DNA of 53,294 bases, counting the filler, from Trypethelium eluteriae (Eukaryota): the NCBI GenBank assembly GCA_051942245.1. It is 2 parts of 2 records of this genome, joined end to end, with 100 filler letters (N's around TTAATTAATTAA, not from the genome) between each part and the next. Parts side by side here need not be neighbours in the genome. Positions count along the whole stretch, not along the records: positions 26,709 to 53,294 come from JAVECL010000349.1; 1 more part is not named here. One strand, written 5' to 3'. Below, in pieces: positions 37,535 through 49,419 of this stretch (positions within the stretch are counted from its first letter, which is position 1; each line of letters opens with the position of its first letter). A program made the position numbers and the translations under genes. The notes under the pieces were generated by a model, which was not told the origin of the DNA, ran no database searches, and worked only from the letters and a program-made list of their open reading frames with translations.

Positions 37535-39164
37535 TTAGCCAGTCGCCCTATGCATCCTCACCTTGACACCATTACCCGGAAAGTAGGTCAGAGTGAACCC
37601 AGGCACCAGCTTAGGATTGGGCACAGCGCTCTCGATACGATCATATTGTTGCAGCATGCGTACCACAACATAACTTGCTTCGCAGAGCGCGTATTGTTCT
37701 GCTGAGTGTGAGCAAGGACCCATACGAGGTTCCGGGGTAATCGAACTTACGTCCTAAGCAAATTCTTGGCCCTCCGCTGAATGGAAGAAAAGCCCAATCA
37801 GATTTCCGGCCCTCCCAACGCTCGGGCTTAAATTCCATCACATCCGCACCCCAGATATCGGCTCGCCGGTGCATCGCGTACGGGCTGAAGAAGACTGACT
37901 GCCCCTTACGGATAGCTACGGGCGCCGTTTCATCTGGACCCCCTCCTACCGGTAAGGTCGTGTTGCGGATCGCCACTCTGGCATTCAATGGAACTGGGGT
38001 GTAGAGTCGGAGAGTCTCGTTGATCACGTACTGCAAATATCGACATCCCTTGAGTTTAGCGAAAGTGATCCCCGATGGGTCACGGCTGTCGAATTCTTCC
38101 TGAATCACGGCTCTGAGCTTCTGGAAGACGTGTGGATAAAGAATGAATGCCTTGAACAACCAGCCCAGCAATGCTGCAGTGGTATCTCTGCCCGCAAGCA
38201 AGAGTCCCAAGCATTCATCGCGGATTTCCGTGACGTCCTGGGTCTCTTGAGATAGTGAGCTCACAAGACTGTAACCACTTTTGGTCTTGTGACTCTTGCC
38301 AGAAGAGAGCACATTCTCGACCGCTACGTCAACGAATCTTTGCACCTTCTTGATCGCTCTACGGAAACTTGGCGCGTCGCCAGCCCAATAGAAGCCCTGT
38401 AATCGAAATCGAAATACCATCCACTCCTGCGCCAGGTTAAAGGCTTCTGCGAATCCCATATGATCGCCGCCTTTATCTGCGGCCAGGGTGGTTGCGGCGT
38501 TGGAAGAGACAGGTGCCATACCAGCTGCAGCAAGTTGCGAGTTGACATTGTCATTGAAGAAAAACTCAGTAGCTCCATCTAAAGTTAATCGAAAAAAAAG
38601 CTCTTGCAAGTCGACTTCAGGGGTCCAATCGCTAGCGTCGACGGGAATCACTTTGAACAGTGCTTGTACATTATATTCCGCGCTGGCTAAGTCGTTGATA
38701 TTTTCTCGAGCGAATTGAGGTCGGAGAAGGGCTCTGGAGTGCTCCCATGATGATCCATCGCTTGTGAAAATGTTGTTGCCCAATAACGGCATGAAAGAGC
38801 CATTTCTTATCTTCCCGATCTCATAGTCCTTGAAGTTTAGGGCCATAACGGCCTGAACATTTTTCGGTTCGATCGTATTAAAGGTCATCTTCCCGAGCAG
38901 GCCCACAGACTCCCTTGACATCACTCGCTCTTCTTGGAAGCGTTTAACAACAACATCGTCCAGTAAGTGTCCGCCTTGTCGGATGACTTTCATCATGCTG
39001 TAGAACCGATCGATGCCCCACGGCAACTTAGTCACTTCTCGATGTGGAGGTTTGCAGCCATTTGCCGCGGCAAATTGCTGAAAGCGACGTTCTTTCAGGT
39101 AGTCGAGAAATATGCGGATCACCCCGAGCACGACTACGACAAGCAAAATTTCCAGCCAACGCAT
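37535..39164 (-). CDS. Cytochrome P450, CYP52-clan-like (alkane/fatty-acid hydroxylase type); intron 37699-37750
   Basis: WEHSRALLRPQF, LLAGRDTTA (I helix), ETLR, LPVGGGPD, PERW and heme motif FSGGPRICLG|QQYAL. Confidence 0.94.
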
Positions 39165-40142
39165 GGCTAAAAGAGCTTCCAAAGGGCTAGGATCTCAGTA
39201 GCCGTCCAGGATTTTCACTTTCAACAAGCGATGGCCGTGGTAGGAAATTTGTGAAGTCGACAGATGTCGCAGCTGGTCATAGACAAAGAGAGCGATGTGA
39301 AAAACGATTGATGTTGAACGGCTCGGACAGTGGAGATGGTGGACTGGGGCGTTATTCACATACCGCAGATACACAAAGCATAATCAGGAACTTATGGATG
39401 TTGGCTGCTGCAGGTCATGCCGGAGCTTCCAACTCCCAACGGTGATGTGTTCACCCGCGAGATCCGGCCTAGCATTAGGAGCTTGCCTATTGCTGGGGCC
39501 AATTTGCGCCAAGCTGAGGCGAGCAGGCTGTTGGGTGGCTTGCGCTAGACCGTGTCAACGGGCACACCCGCGCATTATCAGTGGGATGGGGAGATCTGAG
39601 ACCAGATGCTCTGGATTTTGAGTTCATACCAGATACGAGAGTGTCACGTAAGAGCTTCTTGGTGGGTTTCCCTTGATCGCCGATTTTGTGCAAGCGACCT
39701 GTCACTCCTGTCACACCTGTTCCTTAAGATATTTCGGGTTAATATTATTCCGCTCCAGCTCCCTCGCTCCCTTTTGCTCATCCTCTCTTCTCTACCTCGA
39801 TCTAGTGCGTAAAGCATCTTTTCTGAAGACCCAGGCATATCCTTGCAGGAAGGCTCAGGCCTTCAAGCGAAGACATTCCAGCTTAAAATTGAACTGGCAT
39901 TCATAGACTGCCGTGAATATGTACTCGTTGTGCACAGTCATCGACTAAATGTGGCAAAGCAACCGAAGCTGCTGACTGGTGAATTAGCTTCCCAGACCCG
40001 TGCCGCTTACTACTAGCTTTACTCAACTTCATATTTATGTGATGCTGGATGCTTACGGTCACAGCTTGCAAGCGGCTCTGCTTTCCTCGTCCCTTTTCGT
40101 TCTCTGAATATCTCTGTTCTGAGCTCAATCCATTCACACAGA

Positions 40143-41648
40143 ATGTCAGAATGCTTCCGTGTTCCGGGGCCACCCTTCGACCTCCGGTTGTCTCGTTGGG
40201 ATATGCGAATGATGCCTGTATACTCTCAAAGATGCTTGTGTTTTCCTTTGCCAGGGGCCGGCCGAGAGAACGTCAAGAAAATAACCGACTTACTTTATAA
40301 AGCGTTAGAAGCGACTGTCGAAGAGCTTCCATTTCTTGCCGGATACGTGAAACCACTCTCTAAGGAACAATCATGGCTTCGAAACCTTTATCCGGGTGGT
40401 GCCGCCTACCTCGAAGTTCACGACCTCACCCGCGAGATCGATTATCTCAATCTACGCCAAGGTAGGTTCGCAAGCTCACTTCTAGATTCTGAGAAACTTT
40501 GCCCCTTTCCAAAGTCTGCATATGTTCAGGAAGACCCTATCGACGTTTGCCGTCTTCGCGCAAACTTCGTTGCTGGTGGCCTGATCCTTGTTCTCTCAAT
40601 TATCCATACCGCCTGTGATGGGCGAGGGATCACAGACGTTTTGACCGTCTTCGCGGATAAGCTTCGTCAGATCGACTCGGGCGAGCTCACTTATGATGCT
40701 TCCACAAAACCTGGAGAGAATACGCACACTGGGCAGACATACTCATTTGACCGCTCGGCACTATTATCTGGCAACGGCATACCTGGCTCTATAGAGAACC
40801 ACCTGGGCTGGACGGCAACCCCAAGAGCATCGCACGCTAGCACCAAGTTCGTAAGCGCGACGAATGTCTGTGCAAACTTTCTTATTAATCGAGATACTCT
40901 GCAAGCCTTGAAGTTCGCTGCATTTCCGCCTAAAGCCCGACCTCTCAATAGTCGCCGAGCACCAGACGGGTATTCAGCACATTCACAGCTTTTCGACCAC
41001 ATAGTAGGTATCTCCACACACGACGCGGTCACAGCCCTACTATGGCGCAGTATCATGCGTGCCCGGCAGGGAGCCGGAATTCTCGCCAAAGACGCAATAG
41101 TGCACTTCAGTACAGCGGTTGATTGCCGCACCCGCCTGGGCTTACCCAAGCCGTACTACGGCAACACAATCTATGGAGTCCGTACCGCACTTAGCCTCGA
41201 TATGCTTGTGCCCGTTCATGAAGAGGACACTGAAAACAAGTACAAAGCGCTCGGAAGCCTACACGACGCGGCAACGGCCATCCGCACAGCCATCACAGAC
41301 GCCACTGGCCCACGGTTTCGTGATCTGCTTGGCTTCGTGGAGCGTACTGATACGACTATGTTGACACGGCTAGCCGGCGTTGACGACCTTAGTGTCGGGA
41401 GCGTCTTCGTAATCAGCTACTTCGGGTTTGAGATGCACACGCTCGACTTCGGTCGGACATTGGGAGGGGATAACGGACACATCGAGGCCTTCCGCTTGCC
41501 ATCGCGGGGAATTGCGGCTGGTGTGCCCATTGTGTTACCGCGGTTGCCGGATGGCAGCTGTGAGCTAGTCATCAATGAGCGTGAGGATGTCATGGCGCTT
41601 CTGCTTGCAGATCCGATTTTCATGAGATTCGCATCTCAGCAGAAGTGA
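40143..41648 (+). CDS. CoA-dependent acyltransferase (Tri101/BAHD-like transferase family)
   Basis: LPFLAG, catalytic HTACDG (HxxxD), AVDCRTRL, YYGN, DFG and IVLPR. Intronless. Confidence 0.88.
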   Translation: MSECFRVPGPPFDLRLSRWDMRMMPVYSQRCLCFPLPGAGRENVKKITDLLYKALEATVEELPFLAGYVKPLSKEQSWLRNLYPGGAAYLEVHDLTREIDYLNLRQGRFASSLLDSEKLCPFPKSAYVQEDPIDVCRLRANFVAGGLILVLSIIHTACDGRGITDVLTVFADKLRQIDSGELTYDASTKPGENTHTGQTYSFDRSALLSGNGIPGSIENHLGWTATPRASHASTKFVSATNVCANFLINRDTLQALKFAAFPPKARPLNSRRAPDGYSAHSQLFDHIVGISTHDAVTALLWRSIMRARQGAGILAKDAIVHFSTAVDCRTRLGLPKPYYGNTIYGVRTALSLDMLVPVHEEDTENKYKALGSLHDAATAIRTAITDATGPRFRDLLGFVERTDTTMLTRLAGVDDLSVGSVFVISYFGFEMHTLDFGRTLGGDNGHIEAFRLPSRGIAAGVPIVLPRLPDGSCELVINEREDVMALLLADPIFMRFASQQK

Positions 41649-42740
41649 AGGGTTGTATTGAAAATGATGCATGGCTCGAAACAAATATCATCATGGCATT
41701 ACAAGAATAGCTAAACGCATATGCCTTTGGTCATGACTTGGACCTCGCTTCAGATTTGACTCTTGCTTGGAATGAGCCTTGGTAATAATACTCCGCCCCT
41801 GGCTTACGCTAGCAGACACACACGTCCGGATCTTAAGGTCAAGTGGTAGCACAGTATCTCATAATAACAGTGTAATTGAAATGTCGGAGAAAAGTCTTCT
41901 CTACTGAATTTTCGCATCAGATCTTCTCAGTGGCACTAAATCATGTCTACCTGTGACTCCACTTACGGGACCATTAGATGGTCATGACTCGCTATAATTA
42001 TTGTCCCTTAATGCTTTGCGAGAAAGGAAGCAGCCACGCAGTGCTTGCTTAGCCTCTTCCGTCCTAATTTTGACCGACTTGAGACGACTGTCAACATCTC
42101 CGATGCTAGGCTTGCGTATCGTAGACAAAGCACTCTGGACTGGTATATACTAACAACTTCTCTTGAACCAAGCAGACCGATTTGGGCAATGGCATTCTAT
42201 TGGCCACAGCATGAGCTTATTAATGTAGACTAGAAATTTCGAAGCGCCAAATTTGTCGACTTGACGATGGAAGTGGGGGCAATTGTACGCAGAATAAATT
42301 AGTCTTCATCCTTACCAGAGTTAGGAGGCCCCGCTTCGTTCGACCTTGCGAGCCAGCCAATCACTAATAGACTTAGGGACGGGCAATACGAGAAGCCTAG
42401 GTGGATAGTGCTCCCGAGTTGTGCCCAGTAAGCATCACGCTTCCTTGGAATGGACGTGGGGTCAGCCAATGTAGGATAAAGGTCCAAATACCTCGTTATC
42501 ATGGCTGTCACCCTACTGCTCGGGATCACTCTAGCATCCAGAAATGAGTTCAGCGTTGATGCAGAGAAACATAAAGGGCCTAGAAATTGGTGCAGTTGCG
42601 CTCTATTAGAATCTTATCTACGCGGATATCATAGCTGAATCGAAAATGCCTCCCATCGCTACTAAAATAGCAGTGCCCGTAAGCAACAGTCAGTGAATAA
42701 ATGACATTAATATCGCCGTCCACATTGCCGTCATCAGTGT

Positions 42741-43825
42741 TTAAGCACGTGCGTCACCCAACATCACTCCTGGGTCGAGACTCGAATCGCTTGGCCTCTT
42801 CGTCTCCAGATCCCTCTCAGGATTGTGACGGCTAGGATCCACAAACCAAGCGGGATGCACGATATTGAACGCGAGGAGCGACAGCGCCATCAACATGCCA
42901 TCCAAAAGACAGAAGTAGATCTCGTGCGTGATGAGGTACCCCTTCCAGCCCTGGCCCAACTCAACCGCACGGTAGAAGTTACGCACCACGATGCACGTCG
43001 CGGAGAAGCAGGTCACGGCGACGAGAAGCCTGAGTCGCGCGCCGTCGAGCTTGTCGCCCGACATACTGGGCGTGCGCAGGTGGGCGCGCGCGCGGAAGAC
43101 GGTCCAGAGCCAGAGGAAGCAGAAGACGGACATGGAGACGAGCTGGATGATGATACCGGCTATCATGATGTGAGTGCCCGGGGCGGTGCTCTTATTGTCG
43201 GAATTCGCGGAGGAGGCGAGGCCGCCACCGACGCCTTGGATGATGATGGAGAGGAGGTCGAAGGAGATGAAGATGATGAGGTAGAGCCTGGGTCCGATGG
43301 GGGAGTAGTGCGTGTAGCCTTGCTGGCGCCAGTGTTGTAGGAGCTGGGAGAGAATGTAGTAGATGCCTGCGGATGTGAAGCAGGGGGCTGCACGAATGTC
43401 AGTACGAACTGAAGGCAGATAGTAGCGGTGGGGGGTTGCCTACAGATGATCAAGATGGAGATCTGTAAGGAAAAGATGGAGTCGTTGTAGACACACTTAT
43501 GCGCGGCTGCACGAGCCGCCCAGCCCACACATTCTCCTATAAGGATAGTCAGCAGGTGTTTCAGGCTGCAATTAGAGATTCACTGACCGATAGCACCTAT
43601 GGCGAAGGTGGAATACCACCACTTCCTCTTGATCGTGGTTTGACCGATATGTGCGATTGTGATTAGGCCAAAGATGACGGCAAAGACAATGCCGACGGCG
43701 AGATTCGGGATATATCCGTACCCAGGATCGAGCAGAGGATCGTAGGCCAGACATCCTTTGCCTTGCTCTGTATTAGACAACTCATGGGCAGGCAGGGTCC
43801 TGGCAAGGAGATACGAAAGAGACAT
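42741..43825 (-). CDS. RTA1/RSB1-family lipid-translocating exporter; introns 43537-43587 and 43388-43443
   Basis: YGYIPN, GECVGWAAR, IISPCFTSAGIY, FISFDLLSIIIQGVGGG, YRAVELGQGWKG, LDGMLM and HP. Confidence 0.92.
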
Positions 43826-45715
43826 GATAGCAGATACCAAGTCAGGTATTGAGCAAAAGGAATTTTGGGATTAGGCAACGGGCGCTTGCTTTTGATCGCA
43901 AGAGGCACGGAACAGTGTAAACCTTTGCGGTTTTCTCGTTGTCTGACAAGCGATAGAGCAAGGAAAGGATAAGTCTGGGGAAGGATGAGATGAAATATAT
44001 AGACAAACCTGGACGAACTCAGCCATGACGAGTTGTATCAGCATCGGCCGTACGGTATGCAACAGATACTGAATCTAAGGAGTTGATCGAATGATCGCTG
44101 GGCTCGCTGGCTGTTAGAAACGCGATCAGGCGAATTACCATGTTCCGTGCCGCTCTCGTATCGCAAGTTGAGCCCCCGGAACGGAATAGCTCGCTAAGCC
44201 GCACTGCGGTAATGATGCTGCATGGCCGCTGTAGCCCTAAAACGAATTTATCGTGCTTGCGAACGTACGGCCGAGTGGGCTACGGAACCCGTCATTGTGC
44301 TTTCAGCTGTGAAAAGGACGCGATTCAGGAAAAAGCATCATATTGGCAGCCTCAGGCTCGGAGCAGTCGCAGCACCAAAGATACTGCAAATTTCGTTACC
44401 GAGTAAACAATCCCGCCGGTAATGTAACAATTATAACAAGGTGCATAAGGAGACAATCATCAGGTACGGAGCCTGAGACTCGATATCTCCTTCGGAGCTT
44501 GGTGTGGTTTCCCGGCTTGATCTTTGACTGCTCCATACTTAGCGACGGAGAAGCTGTTGGAGGATTCGCCGCTCTATTGTTCTGGTTCCCGAGTAAACTG
44601 TGTACTGCAAGTGCGACACTAGGTTATTTACGCGGTCCACAAAATGAGAAAGAGCAACAAGGGCCACCCCAATAATGTCAGCAGCGAAAAGCGCAACCGT
44701 TGGCACACCATCCTCAATGATGCCTCTAGTTCCTCAGCCACTGATAGCCACGTTTCATGTCTGCCCATGGTTTCTTTTCTTACATTGTGTGAGGTCTTCC
44801 TATATTATTACTTGAACTGCCCTTTAAAAAAGACATTATTGTCTGCTCTCCTAATTGGTGCAAAAGAATCCAGAGAAGATCTTAATTCCTTACTACAGTA
44901 GTCACTCACCGTATTCTTGGATACAAACGGAAACTTATCTCGATGCATATTATCTGACTGTTAGCTGCTTGCAGTCTGCCGTTCTCCGCGTAGTGGACAC
45001 GCAAGCCTTTCGGGCGCTCATCCTCAAGATTTTATGCTTATTGTGTAGCGCGGAAAAACAGGTGGTTCTCAACAGTTCAATGACGGTGAATGTAAAAACA
45101 ACAAGATTGATTTCTACTATGTGATCAGACGTCTACCGCTTCGTCCGCACAGGTGCAGGCTGCTTCTCGCAGATTGATGTGTAAAGGAGGCTAGCGTCTA
45201 CCTAACCGAGCCTTGAGGCAGAGAAGTGATGACGTCCTCTGGCTGAATTGATGGTAGGGCTGCACTGAGCAAGGACAGCTTCGAATTTGATCTCATCCTT
45301 AATCTACAAGGCTTTATATCGCTATTATTAGTTTCTGTTGCACCCAATTTGCCCTCTCAAGACGAGTCTTAATGTTTCTCACAACAAGGTGACAAGGTTC
45401 TTCGCACTGTTGATGCACTGACCAGTGCCGGCCGCGCTATTAGCAATCATATCACCGCGCTAAAGACTAATCAACACGCCCTAGGGTTGACATACACAGG
45501 CGAAGATGACCACGTCTTCCTCAAGACGAACATGAACAAGATCGCAGCCAGAGCTCTGTATGCTCTGGACTGTCAGCACAAATGTAATCAAAGTCAATTG
45601 ATGCCTCAAGCTTAATATACAAGTAGGTGGGTTCATTCTGACTTCGCAATCTCCGCGCATCTGGTCGAATAGCCGCCGGTTGCAGGCCTGAGAACTCTCG
45701 AAAATTACAGCAGTC

Positions 45716-47620
45716 ATGGCATTTGCTTTGGCTCTTCCCTGGCACGAGGGCGAACACCGTGCGCACGAGCTTCTACACGTGTACGACATGGACAACCCGA
45801 CACTCTCTTCCCTTGCCCCTCGTGCTGGCTATCGGCTTCAAAACGATCCTCTCCTTGCCATTGGCACCGTTGATGCGCAGAGTAGGCCATGGACAAGTGT
45901 GTGGGGAGGGAAGGCTGGATTTGCAAGGCCAATAGCACAGGATATCATTGGTGTGAAAACGGTTGTGGACGGGAAATTCGATCCTGTCGTTGAAGCCTTA
46001 GTTGGCGGGCCGGGGAGAATTGGTGGCCAGATTGTGAGAGAAGAGGGAAAAGGTAGGATGGTTAGTGGACTTTCGATGCACCTGGATCAGAGACATAGAT
46101 GGAAGCTGTATGGGCGAATGGTTGCTGGGGCACTGAGAAAGGGGTTAAATGCTGAAGAGAATCCAGAGGAGGTGGAAGCAGCTGGTGAAGAAGGCGGAGT
46201 GGGTGAGGTTCAACTAGTTGTGCATGTAGAACAAAGCTTAGGTATGCATCCTGACAGAGTTCACTCATCTGCTACCATTCATTTAGATACTGACTCCAGA
46301 ATAGGTAATTGTCCAAAGTATCTAAACCGAAAATCTATTACGGCTTCTACACCATCTCCAAAGCTCGTTTCGAGTGGCTCAATGCTTACCCACGAAGCAA
46401 GGAACTTGATATCTAAAGCAGATCTCTTCTTCTTATCCAGCTCAAACGCAGATGAAGATATGGACACAAATCATCGTGGTGGTCCTCCAGGATTTGTACG
46501 GATTCTAGACGACAAATCTTCTGGTACAGTCCTCGTTTGGCCTGAATATAGTGGCAACCGCTTGTACCAGTCATTAGGCAATCTTCTGACAACACCCAAA
46601 GCTGGTATCACATTTCCGGACTTTGAAACCGGCGATGCCCTATACGTAACCGGCGATACCGAAATCCTCACCGGCAAAGATGCTTCATCCTTAATGCCGC
46701 GCTCCAATCTCCTCGTCAAACTTGTGATTACAGACTCAAGACTTGTCAAAGAAAGCCTTCCATTCCGTGGTGAACCAATCGAACGCTCGCCTTACAATCC
46801 GAACGTCCGCCCTTTAGTCACGGAATCAAATACGGCTGCATCTCTCCAAAATGAGAGCGCTTCAACTGCAACACTTATTTCGCAAACCTCTCTCACCCCA
46901 ACTATATCACAGTTTCGCTTCAGCATGACCAATCCTGCAGCCTATACATCGGGCCAATGGGTTGCGATGGATTTTTCGGAAGAATTGGGCATGGGCTATA
47001 GTCACATGCGAGACGATGATCCAAGGAGTCTGAATGATGACTTTGTAAGGACGTTCACGGTATCAAGTCCGCCGCCACCCCCGCAGGGCGAGAAACACGA
47101 CGAATTTGACATTACAATCAGAAGAGTCGGTCCTGTTACCGATTTCCTGTTCGGACAGGAGAGACCGGGATTGGAAGTTCCTCTCAAAGGATTCGGTGGA
47201 GATTTTAGTATCCAACCCCCGCAAGAGGCGGACGAGGTTATTCCTTTCGTTGCTGGAGGTGTTGGGATCACACCACTGCTCGCGCAAATGGAAGAAACAG
47301 ACATTCAGAGAATCCGACTGTTCTGGACTCTGCAGAATACAGATGCAAATATTGTGGTTGACACATTGGAGAAGCATTCACATATTGCACCTCGAACAAC
47401 TGTGTTTCTGACGGGGCAGAGTGCGACAGGACAAGAAGATGAGGTGCAGAAAATAGGCAAACTTGGTGCAAAATGCCTCGCCCGGCGGATGAGAAAGGAG
47501 GATCTCGACGTGAAGGAACCCAATCCTGTTTGGTACTTATGCACGGGACCAGGCCTTCGGAATAGACTTCTTGAATGGTTGCAAGGCAAAAAGGTGGTCC
47601 ACGAGGACTTCAACTTTTAG
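45716..47620 (+). CDS. Flavin oxidoreductase: pyridoxamine-5'-phosphate-oxidase-like domains plus FNR-like FAD/NAD-binding domain; intron 46242-46304
   Basis: WHEGE, EQSLGNCPKY, DTNHRGGPPGFVR, YSGNRLYQSLGN, RTFTVSS and AGGVGITP. Confidence 0.88.
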   Translation: MAFALALPWHEGEHRAHELLHVYDMDNPTLSSLAPRAGYRLQNDPLLAIGTVDAQSRPWTSVWGGKAGFARPIAQDIIGVKTVVDGKFDPVVEALVGGPGRIGGQIVREEGKGRMVSGLSMHLDQRHRWKLYGRMVAGALRKGLNAEENPEEVEAAGEEGGVGEVQLVVHVEQSLGMHPDRVHSSATIHLDTDSRIGNCPKYLNRKSITASTPSPKLVSSGSMLTHEARNLISKADLFFLSSSNADEDMDTNHRGGPPGFVRILDDKSSGTVLVWPEYSGNRLYQSLGNLLTTPKAGITFPDFETGDALYVTGDTEILTGKDASSLMPRSNLLVKLVITDSRLVKESLPFRGEPIERSPYNPNVRPLVTESNTAASLQNESASTATLISQTSLTPTISQFRFSMTNPAAYTSGQWVAMDFSEELGMGYSHMRDDDPRSLNDDFVRTFTVSSPPPPPQGEKHDEFDITIRRVGPVTDFLFGQERPGLEVPLKGFGGDFSIQPPQEADEVIPFVAGGVGITPLLAQMEETDIQRIRLFWTLQNTDANIVVDTLEKHSHIAPRTTVFLTGQSATGQEDEVQKIGKLGAKCLARRMRKEDLDVKEPNPVWYLCTGPGLRNRLLEWLQGKKVVHEDFNF

Positions 47621-49419
47621 ACTCAAGTGTTATCGCGCGAATGAAGTAGTGTATGTATAAAGCTTTTGTGAAAATTAGATACTTACCGAAATTTTTAATG
47701 TAATGGCAGCCGCTCTAAATTAGCAGAGAACAGAATGCTTAAGAAATACCAAGTGTGCGAGTTCCTTTTGCCTTTGTAGCCATGCTTCTTGCCAAGGAAG
47801 CGGCTTCGTCATCCGCACTTTGAATCGAGTTCACCACGCGAATGACAGCATAGCTAGATCGCAAATGCAGCTAGAGGATTTGGAATAGAGGGATGGGTGG
47901 TCTGTCATGTGTACTGAGTGAAGAGTCCGTAATGCGGGCTCAATGTCGCCGCCGGAAATGCCGATAAACATACCACGGACGAGTGTTGAAGCATTAAGCT
48001 GCATCACTAAGGGCAGTGAATTGTCCGAAAAAGGCATTAACCTGCAGACAATCTCGAGTTAGCAGCACATTCTATTCATAACAGCCAGACAGTTTCGGGC
48101 TTATGCGAGACATGAGAAGGACGAGGGCTAGCTTTGTCGCAAAGCGGTTCCGAGCAGACGTGGAAATGGAGCAATGTCGTATTGATTGACATCTTGGCGA
48201 GGTGAGAAGCCTATCAATAGACCAAAACAGACTACGGTGGGTGTCGGAGCGACATCCAGCAGACGACAAAACCGTCGTTCAAATTCTATCCAAACGAAAA
48301 GTACGTAGGGAGAGTCCACGCAGGTCGAGGCACAATAATTTTCATCAATGCTTGGCTGATATCACGTCCTCTGTATACGTTCTATGAGACATCCACGCGC
48401 TTGGAGTTCTGATCGATCCAGGGCTGCGTACGGAGTACGGAATATTATCTCCTCGTGCAATTTACGCTCTCGCCCTCTACTCAGTGCAAAGAGATGCTAG
48501 GACGCCAGAGCCACGGTCGATTCCGGTGGCGCAGTTTATTCTGGCCGCAGGATGACGCGTGCCTTGCCAGGGCAAGAGAAATGGCTTGTTTCTGCCGAAC
48601 AGCCGCCGCCTCTGCCGCCCAATCAATCTACGCAGATGGGCATTCAAGATTCCAGAAAGAGACTGGCTTGAAGAATCGGGGACCTGGAGCAGCTGGGAGA
48701 GAAATGTCCGAAGAGCACTATGCCTAGTTCGAAGCATAATTAACAGCCAACGGCTTGTATCGGGTCCAAAGTGGATAAGAAATCTCACTGGTGACTGGCT
48801 TTCGATTGCCACAGTCCGCCGTCCACAGCCCCCAGATCCCTTGTATGGGTCACGGAATACAGGGGCTTCAGCAAGTTGTTGTGCCAGTCACGCCTTCCAC
48901 TTTCCATACCATCATTATTCCCCAGCGACGTCGCGATCTCGTACATTTCTTTCTCTGCATTTTCCTTGAATAGCATACCGTTGTGTCGACCTAGAGAATT
49001 TGTTTCGGGAGCATCTGCGCATTCGTGGACCACGATTCGAGGTGCCGAAATCGCTCCGGGTCCCTGCGTCATCCCTGTTCCTTCTGCGAACCCCCCGGTC
49101 GAAAGTCATCCCTTTACCTAGTACCACCCTTTTCCACCACTCTCTTCTTGCAACCGCTGGCTACGCCTCACCTATCCGATCTCCTGTACCGTTATCTGTC
49201 GCTGTCGCTGTGTCCAGATCTCTCTTTCTCGCAGCTCGTCTGGTGCTTCGCCTTGTACCTGGGCCATTCCGATCTTTTTGTAAACACCGACAAACAAGAA
49301 GCGCCACCACGACATTCACAGGCACGCTTCTGGAGACTCCTCGCTTGGCCGACACAGCAATTGAGCTGGGCACTGTAGGGACATCCAAGTCCTTCCAGTA
49401 GCCCTGTCCCTTCTTTTGT

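Noticed and set aside
47800..49400. Many short ORFs upstream of KRE6
   Set aside because: No family motifs or consistent splice structure; probably promoter and 5' UTR.
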